From: Candidatus Woesebacteria bacterium
GTDB taxonomy: Bacteria > Patescibacteriota > Microgenomatia > UBA1400 > UBA12108
Reading direction: 5' to 3'
DNA: 64,000 bases
Assembly: GCA_018060845.1 (NCBI GenBank)
Contig: JAGOVG010000006.1
Span: 3,502-67,501 of the forward strand
This document shows, in pieces, positions 58,573-64,000 of the stretch. The translations under genes were made by a program, and so were the position numbers. Under the pieces are notes generated by a model. The model saw nothing but the letters and a program-made list of their open reading frames with translations. It had not been told where the DNA came from and did not search any database. How positions within the stretch are numbered: position 1 is the first letter of the stretch; each line of letters opens with the position of its first letter.

Positions 58573-59226
58573 TTATCCAATCTTATACCCAAACCCACGT
58601 ACTGTCGTAATTGACTTGCTACCCAACTTTGCTCTTAAGCGTTTAACATGTGCTTCGACAGTATTTGGCAGTATGTCAGCATCATAATCCCATACATGTG
58701 AAATAACTTCTTCTTTTGAAACAACACGTCCATTCTGCCTGACAATATACTCTAGCAGACTATATTCTTTTGAGGATAAAGGTACTTGTATACCTGCCTT
58801 TTTAACAATCTTTTGGTTTGTGTCTAGCTCGACATCCCCATAACCAACTATATTGCTTAGTAATTCGTTAGGTCTCCTAAGGAGTGCTCTAACGCGGGCA
58901 AGTAATTCTTCAAAAGCAAATGGTTTTGCGAGATAGTCATCCGCACCACTATTTAAGCCCTTAACTCTGTCGCTAATAGTATTTTTCGCTGTCAGCATGA
59001 GTATGGGTGTATGTATTTTTTGGCTACGCAACTGAGTACAGATACTTAGTCCATCTTTTCCTGGTAGCATCAGATCTAGGATCAAGCAGTCATATGCCTC
59101 ATTAACTGCATAGTCATATCCAGTATCACCATCGTGCGTCACATCAACTGCATACCCTTCTTGCATTAAACCTTTTTTTAATGCTTCTGCTATCCTGTGC
59201 TCGTCTTCAACAACCAATATTCTCAT
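58573..59226 (-). CDS. OmpR-family response regulator
   Basis: Receiver domain (DD...D...K) plus winged-helix trans_reg_C. Confidence 0.85.
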   Translation of the reverse strand: MRILVVEDEHRIAEALKKGLMQEGYAVDVTHDGDTGYDYAVNEAYDCLILDLMLPGKDGLSICTQLRSQKIHTPILMLTAKNTISDRVKGLNSGADDYLAKPFAFEELLARVRALLRRPNELLSNIVGYGDVELDTNQKIVKKAGIQVPLSSKEYSLLEYIVRQNGRVVSKEEVISHVWDYDADILPNTVEAHVKRLRAKLGSKSITTVRGFGYKIG

Positions 59227-59261
59227 AACTATATTATAAACGCTTATCTGAAATTAGCCTG

Positions 59262-59305
59262 AAAAAAAATATCCCCCGCCTAGGCGGGGGATATTTAATT
59301 TTTAT
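59262..59305. terminator. Bidirectional intrinsic terminator (A8-atcccccgcc-tag-ggcgggggat-T-rich)
   Basis: Perfect GC-rich palindrome flanked by A-run and T-run, immediately after the RRM gene stop. Confidence 0.7.
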
Positions 59306-59322
59306 ACTAATACTTTTATGTC

Positions 59323-59700
59323 TTAGTAACTGCGGTTGCCGTAGCCACCACTGCTGCGATTGTTATCGCGTGAGAATCCGCCGCGTGAACCGCCGCCAAA
59401 TCCGCCACGTGAGCCACCGCCGAATCCACCACGACTAGAATTGTCGCGAGGTTCCATTGGGCGAGCTTCGTTAACTACGATAGCGCGACCATCTAGGTCT
59501 TTGCCATTGAGCTCGGCTACTGCCTTTTGAGCCTCTTCGTCAGTACTCATCTCAACAAAGCCGAAGCCTTTTGAGCGACCAGTTGCGCGGTCGGTTATGA
59601 CCTTAGCACTGGTAACAGTACCTACTTGGGAGAAAAATGCTGATAATGAATCGTCCGTCGTCGCCCAAGCGAGACTGCCGACAAATAGTCTGGTTGCCAT
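59323..59700 (-). CDS. RRM-type RNA-binding protein with Gly/Arg-rich C-terminal tail
   Basis: RNP-2 LFVGSL and RNP-1 KGFGFVEM; C-terminal (RGGFGGGS)n repeats; start at ATG preceded by GGAGGTG. Confidence 0.8.
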   Translation of the reverse strand: MATRLFVGSLAWATTDDSLSAFFSQVGTVTSAKVITDRATGRSKGFGFVEMSTDEEAQKAVAELNGKDLDGRAIVVNEARPMEPRDNSSRGGFGGGSRGGFGGGSRGGFSRDNNRSSGGYGNRSY

Positions 59701-59820
59701 GTATGGCACCTCCATATAAATTAGCGTGCCAAAACTTTTTTAACCAAACTAGCAGTGAAAACTAACTAAAGTGGGAAAAGCCTGAACACATATATAACTA
59801 GACGGTATTATAACACATAT

Positions 59821-61023
59821 TTAGGTATTACTTGTCAAATAGGGTCTTTTTCTCGAGATAGTGCTGAGTATCACCAGCAAGATAATTGCTATCCCGAGCC
59901 ACCAGTGGAAACGGCCGATGCCATAAGAGTCTAGAGCTAATCCTGCGAGTATGTTGACGAAAAAGTGAGGTATCCGGGTCATAAACGCGAGAGTTGATAG
60001 GGTAGTAGCCCTATATTTTGACTCCGTATTTTCGTTGACTACGCTAGATGTCCACGGGTCACCTAGGTTCCCTGCAGATTCTAATAACCACAAGATACCT
60101 ATTCCCCATAGCCCGAGTAAGTAAGTCGATGCCACAAATGCCATCCCTGATATCAGGTTAAGCATTCTCAGTCCCCAGTAGTCGCCTATCATTCTTCGTA
60201 GTCTAGGCATCAATCCAATGGTAATTATATTTAGTATTGCCAGTAATGTATAAACTATCGATTGACCTTGGGAGTTGAGTCCAAAACTAACAGCCATTGC
60301 TGGCTTAGATAGACCCCAGTCATATAGTTCAAAAATACTAATTACCATAAATGCAGGTAATATGTATGGAGCTAAGCGCGTACTAAAGAGTTCTCTAAAA
60401 CCTACTAGCAGTTCTCTAATTTTGACTTTTCTTTCCAAGAGCTGGTGTTGTTTGGAGCTATCACTGAGTTTTAGCGCCATTAGTATCGACAAAAACATAC
60501 TTATCGCTTCGAGCATGTTTGGCAGCCTAAAATGAATATTGTAAAGAAAACCACCAATAGGGACAGCTAGAATATACGCAACCAGAGAAATCTGTATTGC
60601 GGTACTCTGCAAGCTATCCCAATGTGAGTGTTTTCCAGTGCTCTTTAAGTCGTCATATACTATGGCTTCTAGTGCCCCAGATATAAATGCTCGCCCGATA
60701 CTCATCACACTGACTCCCAGGACCAGTAGGACTGCGCTAGTAGCGCTAGTCATCAGGACTGCTCCCAAAAATAGGAGGATAGTACCGCCAACAACAGATT
60801 GTTTTCGACCATATCTGTCGGCTATGTAGCCCGTTGGGATCTCTGCAACTAATCCGAGTATTACTAACAGCGAAAAAAAGATACCAATTTGAGAGTATGT
60901 CAAAAACCTAGCCCAGTAGAAATACCAGACAGCCTCAATAAACCACAAACTCTGCAAAAAACTATAAATAAGGTAAATCCGGGCGTTTACGTTATGTCGA
61001 GCGATCCCAATAGCTTTGAACAT
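59821..61023 (-). CDS. MFS transporter
   Basis: 400 aa, 12 TM; DRYGRK motif. Confidence 0.75.
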   Translation of the reverse strand: MFKAIGIARHNVNARIYLIYSFLQSLWFIEAVWYFYWARFLTYSQIGIFFSLLVILGLVAEIPTGYIADRYGRKQSVVGGTILLFLGAVLMTSATSAVLLVLGVSVMSIGRAFISGALEAIVYDDLKSTGKHSHWDSLQSTAIQISLVAYILAVPIGGFLYNIHFRLPNMLEAISMFLSILMALKLSDSSKQHQLLERKVKIRELLVGFRELFSTRLAPYILPAFMVISIFELYDWGLSKPAMAVSFGLNSQGQSIVYTLLAILNIITIGLMPRLRRMIGDYWGLRMLNLISGMAFVASTYLLGLWGIGILWLLESAGNLGDPWTSSVVNENTESKYRATTLSTLAFMTRIPHFFVNILAGLALDSYGIGRFHWWLGIAIILLVILSTISRKRPYLTSNT

Positions 61024-61091
61024 TTCTCAATTATACTCTCGAGACTTAAGGTATTATAATGATTTAACAATAGTAACAATGGGGGATCAGT

Positions 61092-61403
61092 ATGAAGGGT
61101 TTTCTTAATTTTATACGTGAACAGGGGGTTGTCGGACTTGCTGTCGGTTTTCTCCTGGGCGGCGCAGTCTCTAAGCTGGTAACTGCGTTAATTACTGACC
61201 TGATTAACCCGATCCTCTCCTTGATTTTAGGATCTGTTGGTAATCTGAAGGACGCAAGTTGGACTATAGCAGGAGCCTCATTTATGTGGGGTAACCTCCT
61301 TTCCACATTTATCGATTTTGCGGTCATAGCTGCAGTTGTCTACTATGGTGTCCATGGACTGGGCTTAGACAAAATCGACAAACCAAAAGACAAGAAAAAG
61401 TAA
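61092..61403 (+). CDS. mscL: Large-conductance mechanosensitive channel
   Basis: 103 aa; F...G.V..LAVGF..G.A......D..P motif and two TM helices. Confidence 0.75.
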   Translation: MKGFLNFIREQGVVGLAVGFLLGGAVSKLVTALITDLINPILSLILGSVGNLKDASWTIAGASFMWGNLLSTFIDFAVIAAVVYYGVHGLGLDKIDKPKDKKK

Positions 61404-61404
61404 C

Positions 61405-61917
61405 ATGTCAGAAATTACTTACGACCTAGCAACTATCGATGAAGTCCCAGAATTTCACAAATTCTTTGCTTATACTATTAACGAGCTATTTGGAGACTAT
61501 TCCAAAGAGACTCAGGAGTACTTCTTAAGTAAAGATTATGACGAATGGTGGATGACCAAATCTATCAAAGAAGGTTCCAAAATCTTATACCTAGCGAAAG
61601 TTAATAATAGTATTGTCGGATACATCTTTTTTGGAAAAATCTATGGTGGAGTTAGTATGGCGAGCTGGATCGCAGTATCACCTGATTACCAGAAAAAGGG
61701 GATAGCCGCAGAGCTACTTAACCTTTGGGAACAATGGGTTATTAACAATAAAGGACATGCTTTGCAGATCTGGACACAAGACAAAAACATCGAATACTAT
61801 CAAAAAAGAGGCTTTACCCATTCCGGACAGTTCCCCAGTGCATGGTTTGGGATGACCACTAATTTGTTATACAAAACACTAAAGTCAGTAGAAGCAAAAA
61901 CCTACAAGCCAGAATAA
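61405..61917 (+). CDS. GNAT-family N-acetyltransferase
   Basis: Q/R-x-x-G-x-G/A-like motif (YQKKGIAAELL) in a 170-aa protein. Confidence 0.6.
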   Translation: MSEITYDLATIDEVPEFHKFFAYTINELFGDYSKETQEYFLSKDYDEWWMTKSIKEGSKILYLAKVNNSIVGYIFFGKIYGGVSMASWIAVSPDYQKKGIAAELLNLWEQWVINNKGHALQIWTQDKNIEYYQKRGFTHSGQFPSAWFGMTTNLLYKTLKSVEAKTYKPE

Positions 61918-61918
61918 T

Positions 61919-62425
61919 TTAGATTTTCCTCGAATCATAGGCCCAGTGTAGTAGAGCCTGGCGCTGCACAGGTCTACAAGTATAATCTCCCCTTTTGCAG
62001 TTCTTTTTGACCTGCGCGACATGTCTTTTAAGCATCTGCCACCTCTTAATCTGCTTGACATCCTCTACTGGTAACCGTCTCCCCATATAGTAACGGCAAT
62101 ACCACTGGAACCACCCCCTTGGGTCCTCATGATAAATCCATCCTTTGGCTCGCCACACAGACAATGGTTGACTGGCATTAACACCAAAAAAATTGAGCGC
62201 GGGATCGTGTTTCTCGTGACATAGCTTCGCTTTCACATACCAGTCGGAGGGGAATTCATCACGGCAGTCTGTCATGTATCTGCCACCAAACACCCCTAGC
62301 GCTAGCATCTCTTTTGGCGTGAGCTCTGGGGCAAAGTTATCATCAAAGTCCTCGCCCATAGGCGCAGTTAGCTCGTATCTATAGTTCTGCTGCATTAGAT
62401 CATTTACCACTATTACTCGACCCAT
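61919..62425 (-). CDS. Conserved hypothetical protein (Trp/Tyr-rich motif GWFQWYCRYYMGRR)
   Basis: ORF 61919..62479; start trimmed to the internal ATG to avoid overlap with the divergent gene; family not recognised. Confidence 0.4.
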   Translation of the reverse strand: MGRVIVVNDLMQQNYRYELTAPMGEDFDDNFAPELTPKEMLALGVFGGRYMTDCRDEFPSDWYVKAKLCHEKHDPALNFFGVNASQPLSVWRAKGWIYHEDPRGWFQWYCRYYMGRRLPVEDVKQIKRWQMLKRHVAQVKKNCKRGDYTCRPVQRQALLHWAYDSRKI

Positions 62426-62441
62426 ACTATAATAGTAGCTT

Positions 62442-63092
62442 ATGCAACACTTATTTTTAACAAGCAGCATAGGTATCAAGGGGGTAGGGGAGAGTATTAG
62501 GCGAAGTCTCGGTCATGATGGGCCTCTAAAAACTGCATTCATAATTACACCTGTCGAAGGAGATAGTGATCAGGACGACCTATCTTGGGTGCAAGAAGAT
62601 AGGGATGGGCTAAATAATAATGGTTTTAATACTTTTGACTACACCATAACAGGAAAAACTAATGAGCAAATAAAAAAAGATCTAAACGATATCGACGTTT
62701 TGTACATTTCTGGTGGTAACGAATTTTATCTTAAAGAAAAATCTAATGAAAATAATTTTGGAGATATAGTTCGAGACTTGGTAGGGAGCAATGTTATCTA
62801 CATTGGCACTTCTGCTGGATCGATCATCGCAGGCACCGACATGTCAGCACTACAACAGCTTAGTGATACTGAGCCACTAAAAAAGCCAATAGACACGACT
62901 GGTTTTGGATTAGTTAGTTTTACGGTACTACCGCATTGGGGTAGTGATAATTTTAAAGAACGCTGGTTATCTCAAAAAAGTTTTGATTACGCTTTTAGCG
63001 AATCCTCACCACTCATTGCCCTTAACAATTATCAGTACATCGAAGTAGTAGGTGACAGTTGGAAGATAGTCGATGTGAGGAGTGAATCATGA
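62442..63092 (+). CDS. Peptidase S51 (dipeptidase E/cyanophycinase-like) family protein
   Basis: YISGGNEFYL and GTSAGSIIAG motifs (Ser nucleophile). Confidence 0.7.
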   Translation: MQHLFLTSSIGIKGVGESIRRSLGHDGPLKTAFIITPVEGDSDQDDLSWVQEDRDGLNNNGFNTFDYTITGKTNEQIKKDLNDIDVLYISGGNEFYLKEKSNENNFGDIVRDLVGSNVIYIGTSAGSIIAGTDMSALQQLSDTEPLKKPIDTTGFGLVSFTVLPHWGSDNFKERWLSQKSFDYAFSESSPLIALNNYQYIEVVGDSWKIVDVRSES

Positions 63093-63733
63093 AACGAGCA
63101 TATTTAGCTTCGCAATTTCATGTCGTTGGTCAGAGTATTGGTGCTCAGATCACTGCTGATGATAAAGCTGAGACCGTGTTTATAACCACCCCCATCAAAT
63201 ACAAAGTATTCAAAGAATCAGAACTAGGTTGGCATTACAAAAATAGAGCTGCTCTCAAAGAGTCAGGCTTTGTAACAGAAGACTACGATATTACCAATAA
63301 GAGTGAAGAGGATCTGAATAGAGATTTAGCTAAATATCGCGTGATGTACGTCGAAGGGGGCAACCCGTTCTCCACACTCAAAATCGCCCAAACCAACAAC
63401 TTTGCAAAATATGTGAGAGCTCGTGTAGAGGAAGGGATGATCTATATCTCAGAGAGTGCTGGATCGGTGCTCGCAGGTATTGATGTTACCGCCAACTCTA
63501 GACCAGGAAAAGGAGTCAAAGAATACGGTTTAACTGATACAAAAGGGATTGGTCTAATTAATGCAGTCATCATGCCGCACTGGGGACAGGGTCCAAAGAG
63601 AGATGACTACATAGAATATAAATACCCACAGGCTTATACAGAGGACTTCAGTTACATCTTCCTCCCTGATACCAAATATATCGAAGTCTCTGGTGTTAAA
63701 AGTAGGATAATTGATACGACAAAAAAGGACTAG
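63089..63733 (+). CDS. Peptidase S51 family protein (tandem paralog)
   Basis: YVEGGNPFST and SESAGSVLAG; same architecture as the upstream gene. Confidence 0.7.
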   Translation: MKRAYLASQFHVVGQSIGAQITADDKAETVFITTPIKYKVFKESELGWHYKNRAALKESGFVTEDYDITNKSEEDLNRDLAKYRVMYVEGGNPFSTLKIAQTNNFAKYVRARVEEGMIYISESAGSVLAGIDVTANSRPGKGVKEYGLTDTKGIGLINAVIMPHWGQGPKRDDYIEYKYPQAYTEDFSYIFLPDTKYIEVSGVKSRIIDTTKKD

Positions 63734-63734
63734 T

Positions 63735-64000
63735 ATGAAAAAGACAGAACCAGTTATCAAGAATAAGTTGGGAGAAAAACTAGATACCTGGGTCGAAACT
63801 CCTGATTGTGATATTGTAGGCACCGTCGTCATGGTTCACGGCTTTGGGACCAACAAGTACGAAACAGCAGGTTACTTTGATGACATAAGTCAGGCGCTAA
63901 CTGACAACAGCTATAGAGTAGTGAGATTTGACTTAAGTGGTTACGGTCTTAGCGAGGGTAAGCAAGAAGACGCCTGCTACTCCAAACACCAGCTAGACCT
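63735..64000 (+). CDS. Alpha/beta hydrolase (N-terminal fragment, continues beyond window)
   Basis: VVMVHGFGTNKYE oxyanion-hole region; the frame is still open at the window end. Confidence 0.6.
   Translation, partial: MKKTEPVIKNKLGEKLDTWVETPDCDIVGTVVMVHGFGTNKYETAGYFDDISQALTDNSYRVVRFDLSGYGLSEGKQEDACYSKHQLD

Noticed and set aside
1-64000. Search for CRISPR arrays, rRNA genes, integrases and transposases
   Set aside because: No regularly spaced direct repeats, no rRNA-like sequence, and no recombinase or transposase ORFs were found. The LAGLIDADG gene is the only mobile-element-like feature, so the accessory regions are described as islets rather than prophage or IS elements.

Overview
This 64 kb window looks like part of a small, gene-dense bacterial chromosome with Candidate Phyla Radiation / Patescibacteria-like features: there is no L30 gene between rpsE and rplO, S14 is the zinc type-Z form, genes are compact with many 1-17 nt overlaps, and SecD and SecF are separate genes. 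Coordinates 1-15.7 kb hold the 3' end of tuf followed by an almost complete S10-spc-alpha ribosomal superoperon (rpsJ through rpsI, including secY, adk, map, infA, rpmJ and rpoA). Then come recA-recX, rny (RNase Y), an HU-like DNA-binding protein, two ABC-2 exporter operons with a low-GC orphan gene wedged between them, miaA, an AI-2E family transporter and uppP. Next are a minus-strand pair encoding a retropepsin-like protease and a TIG-domain protein, a DUF4446/DUF3048 pair and secDF. A reduced RNase P RNA (rnpB) lies on the minus strand (about 34056-34333), followed by an AT-rich orphan gene, then cca, recJ and a D-Ala-D-Ala carboxypeptidase. An aminoacyl-tRNA-synthetase neighbourhood follows: an archaeal-type aspS, a free-standing ybaK deacylase, gltX, and a truncated proS co-transcribed with a CsaA-like tRNA-binding protein. 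Two candidate T-box leaders can be read in the sequence, one upstream of aspS and one upstream of the csaA-like/proS genes on the minus strand. The 3' third of the window is more accessory. It contains a free-standing LAGLIDADG homing-endonuclease gene abutting a tRNA-Gln(CUG) gene, a 1.5 kb AT-rich islet of three unknown ORFs, a Cys-rich mini-protein next to a bactofilin-repeat membrane protein, a protein made of three topoisomerase-type zinc ribbons, and a GIY-YIG gene. Further on are a MacB-type tripartite efflux system next to a two-component system, an RRM RNA-binding protein, mscL and tandem S51 peptidase genes. No CRISPR array, rRNA gene, integrase or transposase was seen.
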